Virus record (IMG/VR): IMGVR_UViG_3300032087_000975
Span: 1 to 30,158 of that record
Reading direction: 5' to 3' (one strand)
Length of the DNA: 30,158 nt
DNA from: a virus
Taxonomy: Duplodnaviria; Caudoviricetes
Shown here in pieces: positions 7,516-15,731 of the stretch. Both the position numbers and the translations under genes were made by a program. Within the stretch, counting starts at the first letter, position 1; the number at the start of each line of letters is the position of its first letter. Under the pieces are notes generated by a model. The model had not been told where the DNA came from and searched no databases. It was given only the letters and a program-made list of their open reading frames with translations.

Positions 7516-7897
7516 ACCCTATTGCTTCAGCAAGTTTCTGCATTGCGCTTTCAAAATACGTATTAAATTCTTGCTGGGTCATTGTTTCAAAAGAAATGCT
7601 ATCTGGTAGCCTCAGAAATGCGCCAGAAATGCTGCTATAGTGCATAGACCAATAACCACACGCAAATTTTAATTCGTTGTGTAGCTGCTTTTCTGTAGGC
7701 CATTTACCCGTTGCCTTACATACGTTGCGTAACACTGACCAGTACATATTGTGATGCGGATTAGACCTTTTGCCAGTTGCGCTAACGTTAAAAACCTGCC
7801 CTTCTTTAAAATCTTCTAAACGTTCTGCATCATATTGGGTAACGGGCAATAAATGCCCATTAGCCTTTACCACTTGTGGGTTAGAACGGGATTTCAT
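7487..7897 (-). CDS. NinB/DUF1367-like recombination accessory protein
   Basis: RSNPHH..YW...LH..LK...G...P.SISF..M.Q.EF motif. Confidence 0.7.
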   Translation of the reverse strand: MKSRSNPQVVKANGHLLPVTQYDAERLEDFKEGQVFNVSATGKRSNPHHNMYWSVLRNVCKATGKWPTEKQLHNELKFACGYWSMHYSSISGAFLRLPDSISFETMTQQEFNTYFESAMQKLAEAIGYDPTHDQFS

Positions 7898-8264
7898 CTT
7901 CTAAATCATTTCTTTGTTGATTAGCGTTTTCTGTGTAATTGGTATTTTGATTTGCTGTTTCTTGCCTTGGCTTACTGCCTGCAAATTCTATTTGGTTTGC
8001 TTTTACATTATGAAAAACACGCGTTGAACCATCTGGCGATTGCTTTTCACTTATTAACAGTTCGCCAGATACTACAACCTTTTGGCCTTTTTTTAGATGC
8101 TGGTGTAGGTTTGTGTTATAATAACTAACCCCAAACCAATCAACGCCACTATCTTTTTTGTAGCTTTTATTTACGGCTACGGAAAACGCTATAAATTCAC
8201 CGCGTTCGTTACTGCGTAACTCGCTATCTTTACCCAATGCGCCCACAATAGTTATAAGTTTCAT
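7881..8264 (-). CDS. ssb: Single-stranded DNA-binding protein
   Basis: OB-fold (IVG.LGKD.ELR, FSVAV, LKKG.KV.V.G.L) and acidic tail DLEDEIPF. Confidence 0.95.
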   Translation of the reverse strand: MKLITIVGALGKDSELRSNERGEFIAFSVAVNKSYKKDSGVDWFGVSYYNTNLHQHLKKGQKVVVSGELLISEKQSPDGSTRVFHNVKANQIEFAGSKPRQETANQNTNYTENANQQRNDLEDEIPF

Positions 8265-8854
8265 AATTGTATCCCTAGTTCAATTTGTTTTTCATCTATA
8301 ACGTTTTCTACGTATTGGCATACATCTGACGGTATGTCGTATTTGTCGCGCCAAGTACGCCATTGTTCTATAGCTTCATCTAATGCTATTTGCCTATCAC
8401 AAAAACTAAAACCTTTGCGCCATTTTTCTATTGAGCGTCTTTTTTCAGGCTCTAATTCTGCTAATGATTGCGTTAAATTAAAATCTTCTGCTTCGTCTTG
8501 GCTGTATACTTCACCATGTAAACCTACAAGTTTAAGTATAACGCGATCTTTTGCGCGTTTTTCTGCCATAGCAAAAGGGTAGCCGTTTTTGTTATTATAA
8601 GGCGCTGCTTCGCCTATAGACCATTCAGTAGCTTCGCCCATGTGACCAGTAACAAGCATTACAGCCTGTTTTGCTGTAACGTCACTAGCAATTATAGTAG
8701 GCTGGTCAAAAACAATATTTTTGTGCGCTGCAATACGTTCTAATGCTTTATGCAAAACAACAAAAGTACCGTGACAATCCCACGTAGCTTGTTTTTCAGT
8801 CATTTTTACTTGCGTTAATAGTTCTTTGAGTTTTGTCGGTATTTCTTTAGTCAT
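8261..8854 (-). CDS. Conserved phage protein, candidate single-strand annealing protein
   Basis: WDCHG...LHKALE...GEA...YPFAMAEKRAKDRVILKL. Directly upstream of ssb. Start moved to ATG 8854. Confidence 0.55.
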   Translation of the reverse strand: MTKEIPTKLKELLTQVKMTEKQATWDCHGTFVVLHKALERIAAHKNIVFDQPTIIASDVTAKQAVMLVTGHMGEATEWSIGEAAPYNNKNGYPFAMAEKRAKDRVILKLVGLHGEVYSQDEAEDFNLTQSLAELEPEKRRSIEKWRKGFSFCDRQIALDEAIEQWRTWRDKYDIPSDVCQYVENVIDEKQIELGIQL

Positions 8855-9071
8855 TTTTCTTTTCCCCTGATATGCCTGCATAAATGCCATGTTCATCAAA
8901 TTCAGAACATGCTTTCTTAATAGCTTCTTCTATAATTCGACATGCAGAAATGCTAAATGTAAAAGGTTTGTTTTCTTTAACATTTTTGTCGGTTTCTTCT
9001 GCAATTGCTTTAGTTATAAATAAGCTAATTTGTTGTGGTACAGGGTGTTTTAACCCATATTTATTATCCAT
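8847..9071 (-). CDS. Hypothetical protein
   Basis: First gene of the leftward recombination operon, GGAG RBS. Confidence 0.7.
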   Translation of the reverse strand: MDNKYGLKHPVPQQISLFITKAIAEETDKNVKENKPFTFSISACRIIEEAIKKACSEFDEHGIYAGISGEKKND

Positions 9072-9097
9072 GTCGTTTACTCCGTTATTGCAAAACC

Positions 9098-9130
9098 AGC
9101 TTTACACGATAGATTACATACTGTAAAGCT
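9098..9130. promoter_or_regulatory. Inverted repeat (operator or bidirectional promoter) between divergent genes
   Basis: agctttaca-N15-tgtaaagct. Reads TTTACA-N17-TAAAGC on both strands. Confidence 0.65.
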
Positions 9131-9162
9131 AATTTATACAAATAGTAAACCAAAGGTGAAAA

Positions 9163-9345
9163 ATGGAAAACCAAACCATATTAAGATTATCGGTCATGTC
9201 GGAAATGTTGCAAGATCGAGCAATTAAAAAAGTTGCGGAAATATCGGGTATATCAAAACCTACTTTGTACAAAATACAGCAAGGTGATGTTAACGTTAAA
9301 TATGAAACAGCAGAAAAGCTATCCGATTATTTACAGTACAAATAA
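9163..9345 (+). CDS. Cro/XRE-like HTH regulator
   Basis: IKKVAEISGISKPTLYKIQQG...YETAEKLSDYL. 60 aa with no peptidase domain. Confidence 0.88.
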   Translation: MENQTILRLSVMSEMLQDRAIKKVAEISGISKPTLYKIQQGDVNVKYETAEKLSDYLQYK

Positions 9346-9376
9346 AAAAACCCCCAACCGTTAGATTAGGGGTTTT
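9344..9376. terminator. Intrinsic terminator-like hairpin, stronger on the minus strand
   Basis: aaaacccc...ggggtttt stem. U7 tract on the minus strand, U4 on the plus strand. Confidence 0.55.
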
Positions 9377-9442
9377 GCAATATTAGAGTAAATAGGTATT
9401 ATTTCATACAGGCTTTTAATACCCAACCATAGAGGTCACATA

Positions 9443-10147
9443 ATGAGTAACAAGATTTCGTCTATTATACAAACAAAAAAGATAGGTTCGCCAACAAAAA
9501 AGGCTATTTTGCTTTACATGGCAGACAAGGCTAGTGATGATGGTTCAGGCATTTGGACTAGTAAAAAGAACATGGCAAATGATTTAGAATTAACCGATAG
9601 GGCTGTAAGGCAGCACATTAAAGAAATGGTTCTTATCGGCGTTTTAATCGAAGCTGGGCATAAAAGGTGTAGTTCAGGCTATACTGTAGATTATAGTATA
9701 TCTATACCGCATATTATGGCCTTAGAAAGCACCAGATCAACACCTGAACACGTTTCACCCCTGAATGACGTTCACCCCATGCCCTGCACTACGTTCACCC
9801 CTACCCCTGAACCACGTTCAGATAAACCATCCATAGAACCATCCATAGAACCTAATATATATATAGCAAAGTTTGATGAATTTTATGCAGCATATCCCAG
9901 AAAAAAGGGAAAGGGCGCAGCTAGAACAGCATGGCTTAAAGCATGTAAAAAGGAAGATGCTGATTATATTATTGCTTCTGCTACTTTATACAGAAACAGC
10001 TTGACTGAAAAAGATTTACAGTTTGTGCCATACCCTGCAACATGGTTAAATCAAGAACGATGGGCAGATGAAATTGACCAGACGCCACAAAATAATAATG
10101 TGCAGTTACAAGTTTTGAAATCAATAGGGTTAAAGTATGATGCGTGA
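9443..10147 (+). CDS. Phage replication initiator (N-terminal wHTH)
   Basis: KAILLYMADKASDDG.GIW.S...MA.DLEL..RAV N-terminus, C-terminal FDEFY.AYPRK.GK..A..AW...PATWLNQERW.DE, and internal iterons. Confidence 0.85.
   Translation: MSNKISSIIQTKKIGSPTKKAILLYMADKASDDGSGIWTSKKNMANDLELTDRAVRQHIKEMVLIGVLIEAGHKRCSSGYTVDYSISIPHIMALESTRSTPEHVSPLNDVHPMPCTTFTPTPEPRSDKPSIEPSIEPNIYIAKFDEFYAAYPRKKGKGAARTAWLKACKKEDADYIIASATLYRNSLTEKDLQFVPYPATWLNQERWADEIDQTPQNNNVQLQVLKSIGLKYDA
9743..9865. repeat. Putative replication origin: four 15-bp iterons, 12-bp tandem repeat, AT tract
   Basis: cctgaacacgtttca (9743), cctgaatgacgttca (9760), cctgcactacgttca (9783), cctgaaccacgttca (9806). aaccatccatag x2 (9825-9848). 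taatatatatata (9853-9865). Confidence 0.8.
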
Positions 10148-10604
10148 ACAAGATATAAATATTCTAACAAATAAAATGCTTGCTAGATTAAATGCACCAA
10201 GGGCTGTAGCTGGGAATCCTGAAGCAATGAAAGATGAAGCTTTGTTTCTTTGCAAAACTATTAACAATTTAGCGCCTTCTAAGAACTACAAAGAATGGTT
10301 TAACGATTTTGAAGAAGCAGTATTAGGTAATTTAGAAACAAGAACATGGCCTACAATTAAAGAACTAAAGAAAGCTGCTAAACAGATAGCGCCACTTAAA
10401 CCGCATTTTACCGATTTAACAGGCGATAATATTTGGAAGTTAGACCCACTAAAAATAGCAGCAAAACGTATTAAAAATTTAGAGGGTGTAGAAGAAACCT
10501 ACGTAACTGGAAGCGGCAAACAAAAGCTACTAAGAATGGGATTAATAGTTGAAGAAGATTTAAACCCGTATCTGGAAGCGAAAGCATATAGTAAAAGTTA
10601 TTAA
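10137..10604 (+). CDS. Hypothetical replication-associated protein
   Basis: Overlaps the end of the initiator gene and occupies the usual helicase-loader position. Confidence 0.7.
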   Translation: MMREQDINILTNKMLARLNAPRAVAGNPEAMKDEALFLCKTINNLAPSKNYKEWFNDFEEAVLGNLETRTWPTIKELKKAAKQIAPLKPHFTDLTGDNIWKLDPLKIAAKRIKNLEGVEETYVTGSGKQKLLRMGLIVEEDLNPYLEAKAYSKSY

Positions 10605-10620
10605 TTTATGATACGCTTGC

Positions 10621-10700
10621 ATTATTACGAAGTTTGAAGTCAAGTTTCATAATAATTGTTCCTCCCTTAATGGCCTCTATCTTTGCATAGGGGTCATTTA
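10621..10700 (+). ncRNA. Candidate small RNA: hairpin, CCUCCC seed, hairpin
   Basis: Two long stems whose G-U pairs form only on the + strand flank the unpaired segment tgttcctccctt. Confidence 0.5.
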
Positions 10701-10738
10701 CTGCTATATATGGTGTATAGTAATAAGAAAGGCACAAT

Positions 10739-11098
10739 ATGCCAGCGCAGCCTAAACAGTTTACAGATGATGAATTGTTACAAATCGAAAAGCTTGCTGG
10801 AAAGTTCACAGTTGAGCAAGTATCTGATTTTATGGGAATTTCTCGCACCACCTTTTATAGAATGTGTGAACGTGATGAACGGGTTATGGAACACTATAAA
10901 AAGGGCAAGGCAAATCGGTTCGATGTAGTAGCAGACAAGTTAATGGATAAAATTAACGAAGGTGATTTAACAGCAATTATATTCTTTATGAAAACTCAAA
11001 TGGGGTGGAAGGAAACCAGTAGAACAGAGCATACTAGCCCAGATGGTTCTATGACCCCTACCAAAATTGAACGGGTAATAGTTGAACCTACAGATTAA
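10739..11098 (+). CDS. terS: Terminase small subunit
   Basis: N-terminal HTH, GDLTAIIFFMK...GW, EHTSPDGSM tail. Immediately upstream of TerL. Confidence 0.8.
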   Translation: MPAQPKQFTDDELLQIEKLAGKFTVEQVSDFMGISRTTFYRMCERDERVMEHYKKGKANRFDVVADKLMDKINEGDLTAIIFFMKTQMGWKETSRTEHTSPDGSMTPTKIERVIVEPTD

Positions 11099-12287
11099 AA
11101 CACCGCGATGGGCTTTGCCTTTACTGCAAACGGACGCAAGATATTTAGGTGCAAAGGGTGGTAGAGCGTCTGGTAAATCACACTTCTTTGCAGAATGTGT
11201 AGTAGAACGTCTAATTATGTATCCCAATAGTAGGATTGTTTGTATAAGGGAAATACAGCGCAGTTTAAAATTCTCAGCTAAACAGCTAATAGAAGATAAA
11301 ATACAAAAAATGGGTGTTGGTCACTTGTTTGACATACAAGCAACAGAAATACACCGTGTAGATGCTTCAGGAATAATTATATTTCAGGGTATGCAAGACC
11401 ATACAGCAGAAAGCATTAAATCATTAGAAGGTTTTGACATAGCTTTCTGTGAAGAAGCGCAAAGCCTTTCCAGCCGTTCTATAGAATTACTTGACCCTAC
11501 AATGCGTAAAGATGGCGCTGAATTGTGGTTTAGCTGGAATCCACGTAAGGAAGATGACGCGGTAGAACAGCTATTTAATAACAATTCTATGGCTAATGTC
11601 GTGCATGTTAACTATACAGATAACCCTTTTGTTCCCGATGCGATGTTAGAATTAGCACAAGCAGCGTTAGAGCGTGACCCTGATAGGTACAACCATGTCT
11701 GGTTAGGCGATTATGAAAGCGTTAGTGAAAGCCAAGTATTTTACAGTAAATGGAAAGTAGATGAGTTCGAACCTACCGAAGCTTATGACGGGCCATATTT
11801 AGGTGTAGATTTTGGATTTAGACCTGATCCATTAGTTGCGGTTAAGTGCTGGGTATATGATGAAACATTATTTGTTGAAAAAGAAGCTTACGGCGTAGGC
11901 ATAGAAATAGACGATACGCACAACTTTATTACCAAGTTTATACCAGATTTTGATAGGTATATTAGCCGTGCTGATAGTGCTGAACCAAAAACTATATCTT
12001 ACCTACAAAGGCATGGTTTTCCACGCATGGAAGGCGTTAAAAAGTGGCCTAACAGCGTAAATGAAGGAATACGCTTTATTCGTGGCTTTAAATCTGTCAT
12101 AATCCACCCAAGCTGTAAGGGTGCAATAGATGATTTTAGAATGTATAGCCACAAGATAGATAAACTGTCAGGCGATATTTTACCTGATGTTGTGGATGCT
12201 AATAACCATGCGCCCGATGCGATACGTTATGCAATAGCACCTTTAATTAAAGCGCAAGCCGCTGGAAAGATGGTAATTAGGATATGA
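11082..12287 (+). CDS. terL: Terminase large subunit (PBSX/SPP1-like)
   Basis: Walker A GGRASGKS, Walker B AFCEEA, SWNP, nuclease GVDFG and NHAPDAIRY. Confidence 0.96.
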   Translation: MNLQIKTPRWALPLLQTDARYLGAKGGRASGKSHFFAECVVERLIMYPNSRIVCIREIQRSLKFSAKQLIEDKIQKMGVGHLFDIQATEIHRVDASGIIIFQGMQDHTAESIKSLEGFDIAFCEEAQSLSSRSIELLDPTMRKDGAELWFSWNPRKEDDAVEQLFNNNSMANVVHVNYTDNPFVPDAMLELAQAALERDPDRYNHVWLGDYESVSESQVFYSKWKVDEFEPTEAYDGPYLGVDFGFRPDPLVAVKCWVYDETLFVEKEAYGVGIEIDDTHNFITKFIPDFDRYISRADSAEPKTISYLQRHGFPRMEGVKKWPNSVNEGIRFIRGFKSVIIHPSCKGAIDDFRMYSHKIDKLSGDILPDVVDANNHAPDAIRYAIAPLIKAQAAGKMVIRI

Positions 12288-13702
12288 GTAATTCAGTAGC
12301 AAAAAGAAGCAAAGAAATAGAATATATGCTGCAAGTGTCAGCGCCGTGCCGCGATCTTATGGAAGGTGGCGAACATATGCGGATGCTGGGCGAAAAATAT
12401 TTACCTAAATTTCCGCAAGAAACTGAAGATGATTACGATGCTAGACGGGCTTCTACTTGGCTATTTGATGGCGTGGGTAAAACAATAGAAGATTTATCAG
12501 GTAAAGTGTTTGATATACCTATACAACTGGCAGAAACAAATACTGATTTAGATATTTATGCTTATAATGTAGATTTGGAAGGTAGAGATATAAACCAGTT
12601 TGCCCGTGATGTTTTCGACGAAGCGCAAGCAGCAGGTATTTCTTTTATAATGGTAGATGCGCCACCTAGACCAAATAATCTAACGCGTGTGCAAGCTGAA
12701 GCAGGCAATTTTAGGCCATATTTTGTACACTTAAAGCTTGAAGATGTTTACGGTTATAAGTGGGAAGTAATCGACAATACCCCAATGTTAACGCAAATTC
12801 GTATTGGTGAACGTGTTTCAGAAGAAACAGGCGATGAATTTGACCCTGACGAAGTGCAGCAAATACGTGTTTTAACACTTCCCGTAGATAATGGGCGCGT
12901 TACAGGTACGGTTTATGTGCGTATTTACAGGCAAAACCAAAAAGAAGATTGGGTTTTACATGACGAATACGCTACAGGAATGACAAAAATTATGGTTGCA
13001 GCGTGTGATTTAGGTAGAACAGGGTACTTTTTAGCTAAACCGCCACACCAAAGGTTAGCAGAAATAAACCTTGCACATTGGCGTTCACAATCAGATCAGG
13101 CAAACATAATGCACCATGCCCGTGCGCCTATGAAGTATTTTCACGGCTACAGTAGAGATGACCTTGAAGGCTTTGCCGAAAGTGCTGGATATGCTTTCTG
13201 GTCTAGTAATGAAAATGCAAAGGTAGGCGTAGTAGAACATTCAGGCGCAGCAATAGACGCTGGGCGCACTGAATTAAAAGACATGGAATTTCAAATGCAG
13301 GCAATGGGTCTACAGCTTATTGTATCACGGTCAGGTTCTTCTACTGCAACTGGCGATATGATCGACGAAACCAAAATTAATAGTCGGTTAGGAATGTGGG
13401 CAGACAACCTAAAAGATACGCTAGAAATATGTTTCATGTGGATGGCAGAATTAGCAAACATTGTAACAGGGCCAGAAATAATTATTAACAAAGATTATGC
13501 GGCTAACGCATTGTCACATTTAGACATGGATGCACTTAATAAAATGCACTTAGCAGAAGTTATTTCTAAACAAACATACATAAACGAAGCTAAACGCAGA
13601 AACCTACTATCAGAAGAAGTAAATTCAGAAGATGAACAAGAATTACTAGGTTCTGAACCATTAGATCAACCTGATGAAGCAGTAGGTAATGGCGCTAATT
13701 GA
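12284..13702 (+). CDS. Portal protein (DUF4055-like)
   Basis: 472 aa after TerL. YLPKFPQE...Y.AR, NVDL.G and LAEINLAHWRSQSDQ motifs. Confidence 0.9.
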   Translation: MSNSVAKRSKEIEYMLQVSAPCRDLMEGGEHMRMLGEKYLPKFPQETEDDYDARRASTWLFDGVGKTIEDLSGKVFDIPIQLAETNTDLDIYAYNVDLEGRDINQFARDVFDEAQAAGISFIMVDAPPRPNNLTRVQAEAGNFRPYFVHLKLEDVYGYKWEVIDNTPMLTQIRIGERVSEETGDEFDPDEVQQIRVLTLPVDNGRVTGTVYVRIYRQNQKEDWVLHDEYATGMTKIMVAACDLGRTGYFLAKPPHQRLAEINLAHWRSQSDQANIMHHARAPMKYFHGYSRDDLEGFAESAGYAFWSSNENAKVGVVEHSGAAIDAGRTELKDMEFQMQAMGLQLIVSRSGSSTATGDMIDETKINSRLGMWADNLKDTLEICFMWMAELANIVTGPEIIINKDYAANALSHLDMDALNKMHLAEVISKQTYINEAKRRNLLSEEVNSEDEQELLGSEPLDQPDEAVGNGAN

Positions 13703-15515
13703 TGATATTTTAGACGAAACAGTACGCCACGCGCATTATTTAGAGCGTCACAAGGCTTCTGTTATAAAAAAGCTTGTTGCACTTATGAGCAACAGCAACG
13801 ATGAAATGTACAGTATGATGTACAAGCAACGTATTGAAAAGCTGAAACGTAGGGATTTAGACAAGCTTTTAAGGCGCATAAAAGTACATATTAAACAGGG
13901 TTATGAACCCGTTATAGAAACCCTAGATGCTGAAATACGCGATTTGTCAGCACACGAAACACGCTGGCAAAAGAAAATAATAGATGGATTAGTGCCTGTT
14001 GAATTAGATTGGGAAGCACCATCAGGCGAACAGATATACGCAGCAGCTAAAGCAAGACCGTTTGAAGGTTTATTTCTGCAAGATTGGTATAATGGCCTAA
14101 GTGATGGGCATTTTAGGCGTGTAAAGCAAGCAGTAATGCAGGGGTATGTCGAAGGCCAAACGACAGATGAAATAGTGCAGCAAATGCAGCAATTCACGCA
14201 AGGCAGAAGCAGACGCGCAGCAGAAACAGCAGCTAGAACGGCGTTAACGCACACAAGCAATGTTGCAAGAAATGAAAGCTACCGTAGAAATAGGCGTGTT
14301 ATACGCGCTGTAGAATGGGTTGCTACCCTTGATGGGCGCACTACAGCAGTTTGCAGGGCAAGAGATGGCAAAACATGGCCTGTTGATGAAGGCCCAAGAC
14401 CACCAGCACATCCAGCTTGTAGGTCAACAACAATACCAGTTGTTAAATCTTTGCGTGAATTAGGAATAAAAGCAGATACAAAAGACATTAAAACAACCCG
14501 TGCATCTATGAACGGTCAAGTTTCGTCGGAATTAAACTATGATAGATGGTTAAGAAAACAGCCCAAAGCATTTCAAGAAGATGTATTAGGAAGGGAAAAA
14601 GCCAAATTATTTCGTGCTGGCTTAAAAATGGATAGATTTGTTGATGAAGGTGGGCGCGAATTTACATTAAAAGAAATAGAAAAACGTGAAAAAGCTATCT
14701 GGTCACAAGTTTATGGCAAGCCAAAGCCAACCCAAAAACAGAAAGCGCAGCCACAGCCGCAACCAGACCCAGCTTTTGATATTAGAAATAATATAGATTT
14801 AGGTAAAATGGGTGTGTTAACGCAAAAACGTGGCAAACAAAAACCTACTTTTACAATAGATCAACTAAATGAAAAATTTAGAGCGCAATTAAGCGATCAG
14901 GGCGCAAACATTGTTAACAAGCTGTCTAAACCGCGTGAGATAGTGATAGGTCAAGATGCAGGCGTGTATTATGCAAGTGCTGAACGCTTAGAAAGTGGTT
15001 ATCAAAAAAATACAATTACGCATGAATATGGGCATCATGTAGACCACGTAATTAGAAATACAGATGGTGAAAATAGATATTTTTGGTCGGTAAAAGGTCT
15101 AAAAAGTGAGTGGGAAAAAGACCGCGCTAATTTAGGTGTTTATAGAAAAGCACGTGCGGAAAAAGACCGTAAATTAAGAGAAATAAAAGATGAATTGTTT
15201 GTAACAGAAGAAGTAACTACTAAAACAAGAAATGGTTTTGAGTTTACACGAAAACGTAACGTGCCTAAATTTGATGGCGCAAACAGTTTATCAGATATTG
15301 TTGATAGTTTTGTTAGTGGTCAATTTCGTAAAAATTATTACGTTTATGGGCATACGCCTGCGTATTGGAAAAACAAAGACAACGGCGCAGTAGAAAGCTT
15401 TGCCAATATGTTTGCTATACAAAATAGCCCAGAAGCAAAAGCATGGGCGCAAAAAAATATCCCTAATTTGTGGGCAAAATTTACTGCTAAAATGAATGAG
15501 ATAGAAAATGGATGA
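13689..15515 (+). CDS. MuF (SPP1 gp7-like) head morphogenesis protein with C-terminal HExxH metallopeptidase-like domain
   Basis: MuF motif EWVATLDGRTT.VC..RDG...PPAHPACRS, a Pro/Gln/Lys linker, then HEYGHH and a distal ESFAN. Confidence 0.88.
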   Translation: MALIDDILDETVRHAHYLERHKASVIKKLVALMSNSNDEMYSMMYKQRIEKLKRRDLDKLLRRIKVHIKQGYEPVIETLDAEIRDLSAHETRWQKKIIDGLVPVELDWEAPSGEQIYAAAKARPFEGLFLQDWYNGLSDGHFRRVKQAVMQGYVEGQTTDEIVQQMQQFTQGRSRRAAETAARTALTHTSNVARNESYRRNRRVIRAVEWVATLDGRTTAVCRARDGKTWPVDEGPRPPAHPACRSTTIPVVKSLRELGIKADTKDIKTTRASMNGQVSSELNYDRWLRKQPKAFQEDVLGREKAKLFRAGLKMDRFVDEGGREFTLKEIEKREKAIWSQVYGKPKPTQKQKAQPQPQPDPAFDIRNNIDLGKMGVLTQKRGKQKPTFTIDQLNEKFRAQLSDQGANIVNKLSKPREIVIGQDAGVYYASAERLESGYQKNTITHEYGHHVDHVIRNTDGENRYFWSVKGLKSEWEKDRANLGVYRKARAEKDRKLREIKDELFVTEEVTTKTRNGFEFTRKRNVPKFDGANSLSDIVDSFVSGQFRKNYYVYGHTPAYWKNKDNGAVESFANMFAIQNSPEAKAWAQKNIPNLWAKFTAKMNEIENG

Positions 15516-15678
15516 AGATAAAGCCTTAAAAATGTATCAAGATAAATTTGGGAAAATACCACAAATTATTTTGTTAGGTAAAGCTGACCCAGATGAAATT
15601 ATACTAAAATTGCTTGAAGCAATAGAAGAAAATGTACCAATAGCTGATATAGAAAACATTGATTTAGCTAAAGTATAA
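15508..15678 (+). CDS. 56-aa acidic protein, candidate immunity protein or inhibitor of the MuF C-terminal domain
   Basis: MDEDKALKMYQDKFGKIPQIILLGKADPDEIILKLLEAIEENVPIADIENIDLAKV. Overlaps the MuF gene end by 8 nt. Absent from the track. Confidence 0.75.
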   Translation: MDEDKALKMYQDKFGKIPQIILLGKADPDEIILKLLEAIEENVPIADIENIDLAKV

Positions 15679-15731
15679 TCAATGCTGGGTTACGTGCCAG
15701 CCCTAACAATGGCGCAGCGAAAGGAACGGCA

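Noticed and set aside
10606-10928. ORFs 10606..10851 (-) and 10683..10928 (+)
   Set aside because: They overlap terS in antisense or out of frame. Only the final 14 codons of the minus ORF, behind GGGAGG, remain a possible alternative to the sRNA model.
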